In this document: positions 11,301 through 23,126 of the stretch, piece after piece
Numbering within the stretch: position 1 is the stretch's first letter
Layout: the number at the start of each line of letters is the position of its first letter
Source: Guillardia theta CCMP2712
Lineage: Eukaryota; Protista; Cryptophyta
Direction: 5' to 3'
Assembly (NCBI RefSeq): GCF_000315625.1
Contig: NW_005434667.1
Location: 31,906-95,905 of the forward strand
Length of the DNA stretch: 64,000 nt
Position numbers and translations under genes: made by a program
The notes under the pieces: generated by a model
Seen by the model: the letters and a program-made list of their open reading frames with translations, nothing else
The model's database searches: none
What the model was told of the DNA's origin: nothing

Positions 11301-14300
11301 TATCTATCCCTCGCAACCAATTCGTGCACTCCTTGCTCTCTAGCTCCTGAGAATGCCGTGTACACGCCAAGTGACGGCTACTCTTGTCCATGGGTGTGTC
11401 AGGCAGGTTTTTACATAGCAGGTGGCCAATGCAAAGCATGCCAGCTGAACTTGCCCGACTTCGCCTTCTTCGTGTCAAACGATGGGGATGAGCAGTTGTG
11501 CGAGTGGGCCTGCCGCTTTGGCTACATGAAAAGAGGCGGAAGATGCGTCGGAGTCGAGTTTCAAGGGAGATACTACACCACACTAAGTGGTCGAGGGAAA
11601 GATGACCCATCGACTTGTATCAACGAGCCCTACTTGTCGATACCTCAAGGTTGGGAGCTGGCATCCAACTCAGCACATAGCCAGCAGGTGACGTGGATGT
11701 ACACGTGGGGATCATGCAGGCTGGTACTGTCAGATGGCTCGAGATGGTTCACTGCTTCGTCCTCCTGTGGAGCATACTCTAGCCCAACCGTTTGTTGCTG
11801 GGGCTCCCTTTCTTTGTACAACAACATGTATAGGAGTATTGATTGCAACGAAGACCTCCTGCTCGTCTCCATCCACTGCGCAGCTGGATACGAGCGCAGC
11901 GGCACAAATTGCATCCCTTGCAGCAATACTCTGCCAGCCCACGCGTCGTACGGGATGGCCTTAGAGTCAGAAGAGGCTCTGTTGCTGACCTGTGGCTTCA
12001 CGTGCGCTGCTGGCTTTAAGCGATCGGGAGACCAATGCCTTCCCTGTGACAACAAGCTTCAGCCCAACACAGAATACGTCGAGCTGACATACCAGATAGG
12101 TGAGCAGTACGAATGTCAGTCCGCGTGTATGGCAGGCTACTTCCTGCAGGACGGTGCGTGCACAGCGTGTGGGGGAGGCAAGCCGGCGAGGTCACACTGG
12201 CTGAATAACGGAAACCTTGAGACTAGGTGTGCGTGGGCATGTGACTTCGGCTTCTACAGGGCGGGCGACGGAGAGTGTCAGCCGGCTGAGGTAGAGGGGC
12301 GGTACTTTGCCTCGCTCGACGGGTCGTCGCCCTACAGCCCGTCATCGTGCTCGTGCTCGCACAACATCCTGCAAGAGATCCCGACGGGCTGGATGATAGC
12401 GCCGGACACGTCGAGCAGCCAGTTTGCGACATGGCTGTACACATGGGAGCCTTGCCACCTTGTAATGTCAGACGGCACCAGCTGGTACAGCGGATCGAAC
12501 AACGGCAATCCATATCCTCAACTGTGGACCAGCGGGCAGCTGGTCGCCTACAACGGCATGTACAGGTCGCTGGACCAATGCGGGTCAGTGTTGCTGGTGT
12601 CGGAGTACTGCGCGGCAGGCTACTACCTGAGGAACAACTCGACGTGCGTGAATTGCTCGAACCCGATCCCTATCAACGCCCGCTATGCGGTCCAGCTTGA
12701 TCCCAGTCGCTACGGTGACAGTGAGTGTGTGTGGGAGTGCGAGGTGGGGTATGCTCGCCGTGATGGAGGATGCGAAGCGTGCAGGACGGCGCCGGAGCAT
12801 GCCGTGTACGTAGCGTACGGGCAACGAGGGACCAACGGGTCACGGTCGGAGTGCGGGTGGCAATGCGAGGCAGGCTACTTCCTGCAGGACGGTGCGTGCA
12901 TAGCGTGTGGGGGAGGCAAGCCGGCGAGGTCACACTGGCTGGAGGAGGGGGCCAACGGGACTAGGTGTGCGTGGGCATGTGACTTTGGGTTCAAAGCTCA
13001 GGCTACAAGGAGTCAAGATGGCTCGTTTGCGATGACATGTGAAGGCTTGATGTATGGGAATCGATTCTATGCTTCCCTGTACCAGCACATGCCGGAGGAA
13101 CAGTATAATTGCAACACCGCTGCTGGACTGTTCGTCCAAGTGCCAGCTGGTTGGATGCTGGCGACCGACACTCAGGATAGCAGGCAGGTGATCGCAACGC
13201 ATCGATGGGGGACCTGTTACATGCAGCTAGCAGATGGATCCATATGGTACACTGAGAGTTGTTACTGCTGCAACAATCCGCTTCTTTGGGGCATTATTTC
13301 CCTTGTGACCTTCAAGGGCAAATATCGTTCGTGGAGCTCATGCTCCGATCTTCTTCTAACCTCACTCTTCTGTGAACAAGGGTATTACCTTTCAGGCACC
13401 GACTGCTTGCTGTGCTCAAATACCATCCCTGGCAACTCGACGTATGCTCCAGCAACAGAGCCGAGTCAATTTGCAGACGAAAACTGCCCCTGGGCATGCA
13501 ACGTAGGATTCTACATGAGCACAAAATGGATGGCTTGTTTCCCATGTTCAAATTCAATCCCAGCAAACGCTTACTACACTACAGCTGGACTTTCAGATCT
13601 GTCAGGCTCGTGTGAGTGGACATGTTTCCCAGGTACCAACGGACCAGATTGTGTGTACCCGGAAACGATCCGCCACGAGGTCAGCTACAACGGCAAAGTT
13701 TACTCGACCCTTGACAACATTGCGCCCGAGTCGCTGCAGATCTCCTGCCAGAACAATGGTGCACAGCCACAGGTCTCTTCAGCTGGTTGGACCCCACCCA
13801 CAGGGAGCCAAGTGACAGGCAAGACAGAAATCATTACCAACTCAGTGTTCAACGAGACACAAGCTGGGCCCCAGCCCTCCTCAGGAACCTTGTTCAGTTC
13901 AGGACAGTACGTGCAGAATCAATACATCCGGTTGACGCCTCTGCAGACTAGCTCCAAAGGATACATATACTGGGAGGCAGTTGCTGGGAACAGCTGGAAG
14001 TGTACGTTTGAATGGCGAGCTGGGCAGGGGAACGGAGCAGACTCAACTTGGTTCTTTGCTTACCAAGACCAGCTGCCTACCTGGGAGCCTCAGGTGTTTG
14101 GTGGGTACAACTTTGTGTGTGATGAGTATGATAGTGGAGATGGCACTTACGGGAACAGCGGAAGTAGCTTTCAAGTACACGGGCCCATGAATGGGCAGTC
14201 AAATTCAAACCAAATTCAGACCGATGGAAACTTTGTAACTTTCACAGCCAACAAAGACTTTGTCATGGAGGACTGGACTTGGAGAAAAGCAGAAATACAA

Positions 14301-16415
14301 TTCAACAGCATCAACTCGACCACCAATCACATAGTCATGATTGTTAACGGCAAGAAGTACATCGATATCATGCATACCCCTCCCGAGGGCTCCAACGTTG
14401 ACTTCCTCAAGCCCAAACTCATGGGCTTTGCTGCCCGTACGGGAGCACTTTACGATAATCATGATGTGCGGAATATGCAGTTCATCAATTATCTCGATGT
14501 CCCAGCTGGATGGGCTGTAGCCCCAGCTGACGAAGATGCCATCCGAGTAGTAGCCTCCTATCCCTGGGGATCGAACGGACTGCTCTTGGGGGATGAAGTC
14601 GCCTACCAGACTGCTATGAGCAGCGGCAACCAGGAGACTCCAGGCACGGAGCTTGTTAGAAGCATGATGTTGCCGAGCGGAGTTTCCTCCCTGTGGTCCT
14701 GCAGCAGCGGCCAGTACGCCATCAGGATGCTTCTAGTACGCCTCGAGTGCGAGACCGGCTACCAAGGGCAGGGGAGCGAGCTCTGCATGCCTTGCTCTGG
14801 TAACCTGCCAGCCAATGCCGTAGCCACCTCCAACGCCAGCGGATGCTGGTGGAAGTGCCAAGTGGGATTCTACGAGGCGTCCGACCGCTGCCTTCCCTGC
14901 AGCCTCCGATACCCGAAGCCCGACAATGCTGTACACGTACAGGGCAACTCGTCGGCAGATCAGCCATGCCAGTGGCGATGCGGTGTAGGTCAGTCCCGCT
15001 ACCAGAGCAGCTGCGTGCCTTGCACCAGCAAGCCGAAGTTTGCCTACTTTCTAGGACAGAGCGAGCTGGAGTGCTCCTGGAGATGCCAGCCTGGCTACTA
15101 CAGGTCACTCGATCGCTGCCTTCCTTGCCCCGCCCTCTCGATGCTGGCGACAAGCGCTCGCGTTCTCCCTGCCTCTGTCTTGTGCAACATCAGCTCCTCC
15201 TGTCAGGATGAGGCTGACAGCATGATGTACCAGTGCGGAGCAATCTACGCAGTGACGACGGCAAGCGGCGGAGAGTACGCTGTGCTCATCGAAAACTACA
15301 CGTCTCCCTGGGATCCTTACAGGGGTCCGATCTCACAGCTGAATAACAAGCTTCGATGTGGTATGCTCCAGCTCCCCGCCGGCTGGCAGGTCGCTCCTAA
15401 CGACACCGACAGCATGGAGGCGATCAGATCGTTCTCCTGGGGGCTGGAGGGACTAGTAGTGGCCAATGGGACTGTCTTTTCAACGGCAAACTGGTGGGCA
15501 GGCGCTGGTCAGGTCCTGCAGCTTCAAGGCCTCACTAAGTCCATTCGAACGGACGTCAACGCCTTCGCGCTCTCTCCCGGGCAGAGCTGCCAGTACAGGC
15601 GCATCCTGCTGAAGCGGATCGAGTGCTCTGCTGGCACGTACATCTCCGGCTCGTCTTGTAGCGCGTGCTCGTCGCCGAGTTGCCGCAGCGGAGAGCATGA
15701 GATCCCATGCGAAAGCTTCCAGGACAGCATCTGCAGCACTGCCATCAACCCATGCATAGGCAAGTGTCGCTGCCAGCTTTTCGCCGAAGCTGTTGGATCT
15801 TTGTCGGACGGATCAGGACCTGGGAGCTTGTATGACGACGAGAGCAACTGCAGGTGGTTGATTCAGCCACCTGGCGCAACCTCCATTGCTCTCAACTTCA
15901 CCTCCTTTGCGCTCGAGAACGGGTTTGACTTCGTAACGATCAACCAGTGCTCGAGCCTCGCAGGGCCTTCCCTGGACTGCCAGGGCAAGGTAGAGTTGAC
16001 CTCGTTGACCGGAAGTCACGAGCCAGGGAGTTTGTTCTTCACCTCCGACTTCGGCATCATCGAGATCCTGTTCACGTCCGACAAGACGGTAGCGGAGCTG
16101 GGGTTCTCGATGAGCTGGGAAGCGTACGCGATAGGCGGTATCTTGGCCGAGTATTGGTTTGTGAACCCCAAGTACGTCCACTGCCAGATGAAGCACACGT
16201 GGGACGAGATTATCGCATCGCTAGCTGCACAAGAAGGCAACTACACCACAGGTGGACTTGGTGATCTGGCGGTGAAGGGCAAGCTGGAGGTCTGGGTCTG
16301 CACAAACCTGGACGAGTGCAGCCCGTCCCATGATTTGTTTTGTTACATCTATGATGAACAGAAGAAACTTTTCGCTCCCTGGTATGCCTACGTATACAGA
16401 TGTTATCAAGGCTGA
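8340..16415 (+). CDS. Very large secreted Cys-rich modular protein: signal peptide, 8 LPxGW modules, NIDO-like segment, Cys-rich WxCxxGY repeats, L-type lectin domain, CUB domain
   Basis: 2556-aa open exon 8745-16415. Signal-peptide-like start at 8340, joined through a short intron ending ttgcag at ~8750. CUB: YDDESNCRWLIQ...LNFTSFALENGFDFV...FTSDKTVAELGF. L-lectin: IRLTP...GADSTWFF...GFAARTG...HDV. NIDO-like: FSFCLQGRDYASSLYVSSNGYVTFG. Confidence 0.9.
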
Positions 16416-16699
16416 CGCTGGTTGCAGGGACTTGGACAGTGTGTTGAAGATGAAGCGGTGAAGATCAGCTGGAGATCGGCAGGGACAGAAGGGAGGCATT
16501 CCCTGTAATGATTGACTTGATCTCGAACAGGATGAAATCATCAAAGTAGATTATCAGCAAGCATGACTGTATTGTGAACTAATAAAAAACTAAATTTGTA
16601 CGCAAAACTTCACACGCCTTACCAATACAACAACCATGACAACGAATGAGCGGCCAAATCTTAAAAGAGTCAAACTTTACCCAGCTGTCTGAATACTCT

Positions 16700-18631
16700 C
16701 ATTCTCGAAGCTGATGAAGTTCAACCTAATTTTGTAGTTTTGCATTCCGAGGTCTCAAGGCTACTGCATCACGTTCAACAAGCACGTGTTCAACGAGGAG
16801 AGGTTCCGAAGTCTGCAGGCCCTTCGAGCAGCTCTAGTCGGTCGTTCTCCTCACTCTTGGGATCATCTCGTTGATTGCAAAGATCACCTAGCACATCCTC
16901 TGCTGCTCCCGCAGCAGCATTCGATGGTGTAATATAGAACATGGATGGGAGAGCAGTTGCTAATTAGGTCAGTGCATTGGGAGAGCAAATGAATTTTGTT
17001 GTTATGATCTTTTTCGACATCAATCTATTGATGAATGGAAATTGACTTTCAATGAGTTTGATCATTCTATCCCTGTCTTTGTTTGCAGACATGATTTCAA
17101 GGATGGTAAGAGCTCGATCAAGTAAATCTTCCAGGGACAGAAAATATTCAAGGGCTTGACTTTCAAGCTTAGCCATGAAGGACTATGCCAAGAAGTGAGA
17201 TTTTCAGAAATGATGAAGAGCTGTCTCGAACATCAGTGGCGTTTGCGTTGTCCGATGGCGTCAAGCTGTTTGTGATTTCGACTTGCACGTTCGTCGTCTC
17301 TACTTTTTCCACTGCCGGCAGGCATGAGGCTCCTGCTCGCAGGTAGCCAAGTCTTTGCATCATCACCACGATGATTCACAGCCTCAGCCTCGCCCTCCAT
17401 CGAAAGTCCGCGGATCAAGCTCAGGTTGCTGGAGCCCTCTGCTGGAGGAAGTTGAAGTGGTCATCGTCGGACCAAGAGTTGTCGAAGGAACAGCAGAATG
17501 GTCTGCACCGATGGTCATGTAACCTGAAGGTTGTTGTAGAAGATAGATGGTACTTCCCCAGCTGCTATCCTGCTGGGAAAGTACGACGTGAAAATTTTTA
17601 CCGACTTGTTGAATCGAATGCCCGAAGGCTCGAACAGCACAAGAGGACCTGCTATTGAGCCGTTCTAGGTTTGCGATCTCGTAGACCTGCTCTGGTCATG
17701 AACTCCAGGGGATAACCCCTGAGCCGGGATGGTGGAAAATATCACGTTCTAGCTTCTCACCTTGATTCGCTAGCATGAGTCCAGCAGCGCCCTTGAGCTT
17801 ACGCAGATCTCTTGTTATGACTGCTGCAGGCTTTCCAGGTCTTACCGTCTTATTCAATCTGCTGGTCTACTGCTTCTCCAGGTTGCAAGGGCTCAAGGTT
17901 TGACCCTAGCTGCCGATTCCAATGTCTCGGTACTGTAGTGAACAACAGCTGCGCATGCCCAGCGGGAAAGTTTGGATATCTCCTCAGCTAGTGTCCACCT
18001 CGGGTAAGATTCCCACCTCAGCAAATGAATTCAATTCAGAGCTTGTGATCGCGAGCCAGCTGGTGGGTGATATCAGTGCAAGTCCCTTGACAGTCACCAA
18101 AGTTTGCTTGTATGGCCATGCTGTAAGCGCAAGGCATGTTTGTGAAGCAAAGGTTGGCTTCCAGCCGGAATACTGTAAATCTCAGCTGGTCGAGCTATTC
18201 AGCTGGTCGAGCCATTCAGCTGAAGTGAAAGATGGGATTGACACAGCTACCTTGCGAGAATCAGTCTTCCAGGCAAACATCCTCGCGCTCGAAGACAGGC
18301 CAGCTAGGGTCTATCCATGCGCAAACTTGCCCGTGATTGTGTCATTAAGAAACAGACTTACTGACATTGCTGAGCTGGTGAATTGACCCCATGTCGAGTC
18401 TAGCACGGAAGGTCTGTTTGAGATCGAGCAGGCATATGCACTGCTAAACGTCAAGGTCTGCTGCTGGACCAATGATCGCCGAGCATGACCGAACGAGTCA
18501 AACACATACACAGGCGATGTCAGCTCGAGCACGTTGACAGAGCTAGCGTTGATGGCGTTTAGGTCGAGGACAAGGGGCTGCTCCACGATGCCGTACAGTT
18601 GTACCGGCTGTAGACACGACATACACGACAT
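16700..18631 (-). CDS. Multi-exon hypothetical gene or fragment
   Basis: Short protein-like ORFs separated by canonical small introns (e.g. GTAAGT...GATAG at ~18361-18311). 5' end not evident; it abuts the telomere-associated fragment. Confidence 0.35.
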
Positions 18632-18668
18632 CAGAGGATCACGTCAATGCGTGTCTGTGCCATCAGCC

Positions 18669-18930
18669 ATAAGATCTGAATAAACGTCATGGAGATCTGA
18701 GTAAGATCTGAATAAACGTCATGGATTTCTTCATGCCGTTTACTGCTACACAAGTGACAGGAATACCTAAACCCTTAACCCTAAAACCAGGAAAGGCAAC
18801 GCTATGCATACTTAGAGCCTTCAAAGCTGTTTGAACTATACCAAACTCTTGCTCCCAGCTTCCTTCGCGCCCTGGCGGCTTCCCCTATACCTGGCGCGCA
18901 GCCATGATGCCTGGAAGAACCGTAAACCCA
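18669..18930. repeat. 24-bp direct duplication, degenerate telomeric tract (18766-18786) and truncated third copy of the repeat-A 5' region
   Basis: taagatctgaataaacgtcatgga x2; cctaaacccttaaccctaaa; 18806-18930 aligns with 2085-2200 and 5341-5430. Confidence 0.8.
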
Positions 18931-19798
18931 CTCGGCTGGCTCTAGGTGGTTTCCCCCGGTACGACATTACCTCAAAGTTTACTCATACAAGATGAGTAAA
19001 TTTGAATAGTACGTGACTTGCACTCCCCGATCCGACGTCACGTCCATACGAACAAAAATTGAAACTAGATCTTTTCGTTGACAATGATAATCATAAGGCG
19101 TATCTCTGTCTTAAGATAGCGTTTGCTGACAACTGAATTACACCCCCACAAGCCTAAGCAGTACCCCTGCTTGTCCCTCATTGACTGGCAAATTGACCCC
19201 CATGGGTGGTTTACGACTTCACAGCACGTCATCAACGGATTATCCCATCCGTTCCCCTTGGCCTCCTTTGTGTGGACTGCTCCAGCCGTTCTTGCTGCGC
19301 GATAGTCGTGTTCTCTTGCCGATCTTGATCTTCTTCCTGCTTCACTTCAAAACAAGTCATGTGCCCTCAGATGACTCCAAACTTCAGCCATTCTCGTGCC
19401 AAGCACGATTCAATGGTGACACTCGAAGAGTTTCCGTTGCCTTCTCCTCCCGACCGCGTTTCTTCTGCTCCGGATCACATGCTTCAACTGAGCACGTCTC
19501 CTCCGTTCTCGTGGTTCAATCAAATTTTCAGTCGTCATAGTGACCAGCCTCCTCCGCCTGATGCAAAAGATGGAGAAGTGGTGAAAGAATTCACCCGTGT
19601 GCCAGGATCACTTTGATGTAATGACAGTGACTCGACAGTTTTAGAATAGAAGTAACAGCTTGTCTTTAGGGTAACGAGTGTACATTAATTTAGTAAATGA
19701 TTGCTTACTCAATCCTCAAGAAAGAAATGTTCAGGTGGCCTAAAAATAAATTTATTTAGCAGAGCATAGGAAATTATCTAACCATCTGACAGCTTGCT

Positions 19799-22230
19799 TC
19801 ATGGCACGATATTATTTCTCAAGCTTGAATTGCTTGCTGAGCTGTATTTTCTGCTGCTTTTGTTAAATATGTCGCATACATTTGGATTCAACAGACCTTC
19901 ACGGAAAAGAATGAGCGTGACATCGGAGCCCTGCGGTCCAGTGATTGCCTGCAGGATGATTAGCACCGTACGCTCCAGCAAACGCGTACCTGAATCACTG
20001 TGCTCAGAGGCTGGTTTTCAACAGAGGTTCCCTGCGAAAAAGAGGAATGAAAAACTATTGTTGTCGCTATGAAACTGAACCTGGATTGCTAATATGATGT
20101 CTCCAACAAAAACATTCCCGCTGTTCAACGAAACTAGTCACTCAACAGCAATTGAATTCAAAATGGCACACGGCAAACATGAGAGATATTCTGAGACGAA
20201 AAATTACACCTTTCGTATGCTGTTCCTCCAGGAGCAAGCTTTCGAACAACATGAATGAACTGGACTATTGTCATAAACAGAGGGCAACAACAACTGTCAC
20301 CTGGCCTGGCTCATCCTCTAATTCTTTCATCTCAATCTGAGAGCATTTCATCAGAAATTGATGTGATTCGAATACTTTGTGAGCACATCACCTGCACTCC
20401 TATCCCAGCCATAGCTCCTTTGGGAGGAATGATGCCAGGAGGAAACACGCGCTTTAAAGTAACTTGAACAACCCCTGAAACTGACTCACGCGGCTATACC
20501 CCTCCTCAAATTTTACCTGTAATGTCCAGATTGTGATGACTCTGGTTGTGACCCTGATGCTGTAAATTTAGGCACAAAATGAGATGCTCTCGGATACTTT
20601 CACTGGAGGATTGGCACCATCGACGCGCGGGGTGTTCCCTGCAGCCCATAGGCGCGGGATCTGCGAATTCAAACACATCACTTCCATTACAACCTACCAT
20701 CATCTGTACCTTGGGAGCCGGTGCTTGATCAGGAGGAGAGGTAAATCTGGCAGCGTTGAGTTTCATAAAGGGCAGGGCAGGTTGTTGGGGCTTTTGTAGC
20801 GATGGGGTAAAAGTTTCCTCTTGGGAAACCATCGTGGTCACGATGATTTTCTTTGCCGCCTCATTCTCGGAAGCTAAAGAAGCGCCTTCAGCTGCATCTA
20901 CATTTGTGTCCTTTCCACCAGCTGCTTGGTAGGGCTCTGTCAAGTGAAGACGTCAAAAAACTCTCAACGATAAGGAGCTCAGCGTAACCATCAATAGAGG
21001 AGACTTGCTCGGAAGCGCTCTGACGTCGTAAAGCAGCGCCCTCCTCCTGCTGTTTCAACCTTGTCATCAACGACTCCTGTTTGTAAGATCTTCAATAAAT
21101 CAACATGCATTTCGAATCATGTGAGATATAACATGGCTTTGCGGAGGGGGTTTTGTCGATATTGAGGCAGGCACAGGTAACCCCTTCGGACTCGTCGAGG
21201 CATATGTAGACTGGCGGGTAAGAAAGGATGCCATCTTGTATACGTTTGAGTCTCGCGAGTCGCACCCAAGAAGCAAATCACCTGATGGTGGCCCCCGATC
21301 ATTGCAAGGTCAACTGGGGTGTGACCTCGTCGATCCACAGCATTGACAGACGCTCCACATGCTACGGCTTGTTAGACTGTTTCCGCTGTCCGCTCTCTGC
21401 TTTACCGAGAAGCTCCTTTGCTGCTGAGATTCTTCCAGTCGCGGCAGCAATATGGAGAGGAGTGTGTCCCTTTTCATCCAGGCTGAAATCCAAATATCGT
21501 CATGAGTAGACGTCGACACCCGCCCAAACCTGTGAACGTATTCCTTGCCTAAGAGCCGAATGGTTGTCGTGTCGTCGGAGGCTGCTGCCTGTAGATAACA
21601 CGATAGCTCACGATTTAGTGCAGGTCCATTGTGATAAATGCAAATCAGACCTTGTGTATCATCGTAGAGCGATATGAATCGATCCTGTTGTGGTGCGTTC
21701 AATCAAATCATTCAGTCTGTGAATGATGGCGTTGCAATTTTGCCAGCATTCTCACTTGGGGACAGTGGTGGACTGCAGTCCCGAATTTCCATTGGCATGA
21801 GCGTGCATCCAGCTTTTCTGATGTCAGACCAAGAGGCATTGCTTTTTCACTAAGACGGAGTTCATACCCTCGGACTTGTACATCTTCTCCCCGTTGACGT
21901 GTTTTGAACCTGGCATAACATGAATAGAAAAAGCGAAACTTGAGAGGTATAAGATACTTGAGAGAAGATTCAGATGACTTGCTGCAGAGGTCTTCGATTC
22001 CCGCTGAGGATGTTGTGAGGATTTGTAACGAGCTAGAGGAAAAGCTTGTCATCATTCTTACCGACGCCACAACAGGTGGCACTTAAAGGTGAACTTGCTG
22101 TCCCCCCCATGCACTTGAAAAACGGCTGATAACATAGTCAAAAAAATAGTCTCTGTCCCATTATATGCTCTCTGTTTTACTGCGGTTGTAGCCATAAACA
22201 ATCCCACCCAGCTTGTGTATCTTCTTCTTC
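19799..22230 (-). CDS. Multi-exon ankyrin-repeat protein
   Basis: Exons encode LDEKGHTPLHIAAATGRISAAKELL and VNAVDRRGHTPVDLAMIGGHHQVICFL. Both ends uncertain. Confidence 0.6.
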
Positions 22231-23126
22231 TCAACATCAATCTCACTCATACGCTCAGCGCTGCTTCTATTCAACTTTCACTCTCCTTTCACGCGTCGCT
22301 TCTCGATTGCTGCTCATCTTTGCTTTCAACTTGACCGTCTCTTACAACTGACTTGACCACCCACCCCGTCCTTGTGACTCTGTTTGAGTGAAAATATCAA
22401 TTAATTTGATGGGCAGCAGTCAAATCGTCTTTATTGGGCCGTGCTGTCTTTTCGTTTTCGTACCCTCTTGTGGCCTCTCTAGTCTAGAGTAGGGTGGGTT
22501 ACCCCTACGGTACACTTTTATAGGTATTTTCTCTAAACATACCCCGGTACATGGCCACCCCCTACCTCCATCACTTTATACTCAGCATGGATTGGTGGCG
22601 GCCACCGCTTTCATGGATAGATAGGAGGAGGGAACAAGGGATGAAGATGGAGGAAAGACAGAGAAGAGAAGCAAAGACGGGCGAAAACTTGAAGACAGCA
22701 GGAGAAGGGAGAGAAAACAGTCCGTGAAGACGAGCGGAAGGTGTTAGAGATGGGAAAAGTCTTGCATCAACATGGGCGAACCACATTTACTCAACATGGG
22801 AAAGAGTGCAGATGAAGAGGATGAAGAGGGAGGGGGAAAGTAGCGAACATGACAAGAAGAGATCACGATGGTTAGGTGCATTGAAAGGTATGGCGATCAG
22901 TTTATGCATAGGATTGAAGCGCATGAAGAGAAATGACATTTCATATGTCGAAAATAAGATGCTGGTTCAATCCTTGAAGAGATTGTGATGTCAAATCTTT
23001 TGTCTATTTGATTGTGATGAATTGAAGAATCTGAAAGGAGTTCGAGAATCATGCTTGATGAAATAGAAAATTGCAAAATAGAAAATTGCCATGCGATTTT
23101 CATTCAAATGGACAAAAGAATCGGAA

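Noticed and set aside
12132-12988. Diversity-generating retroelement TR/VR pair
   Set aside because: Differences are not confined to adenines, both copies are coding, and there is no RT nearby.
19078-19097. TTGACA plus Fur-box-like AATGATAATCAT
   Set aside because: Isolated bacterial-style match in eukaryotic DNA with no bacterial gene downstream; likely chance.
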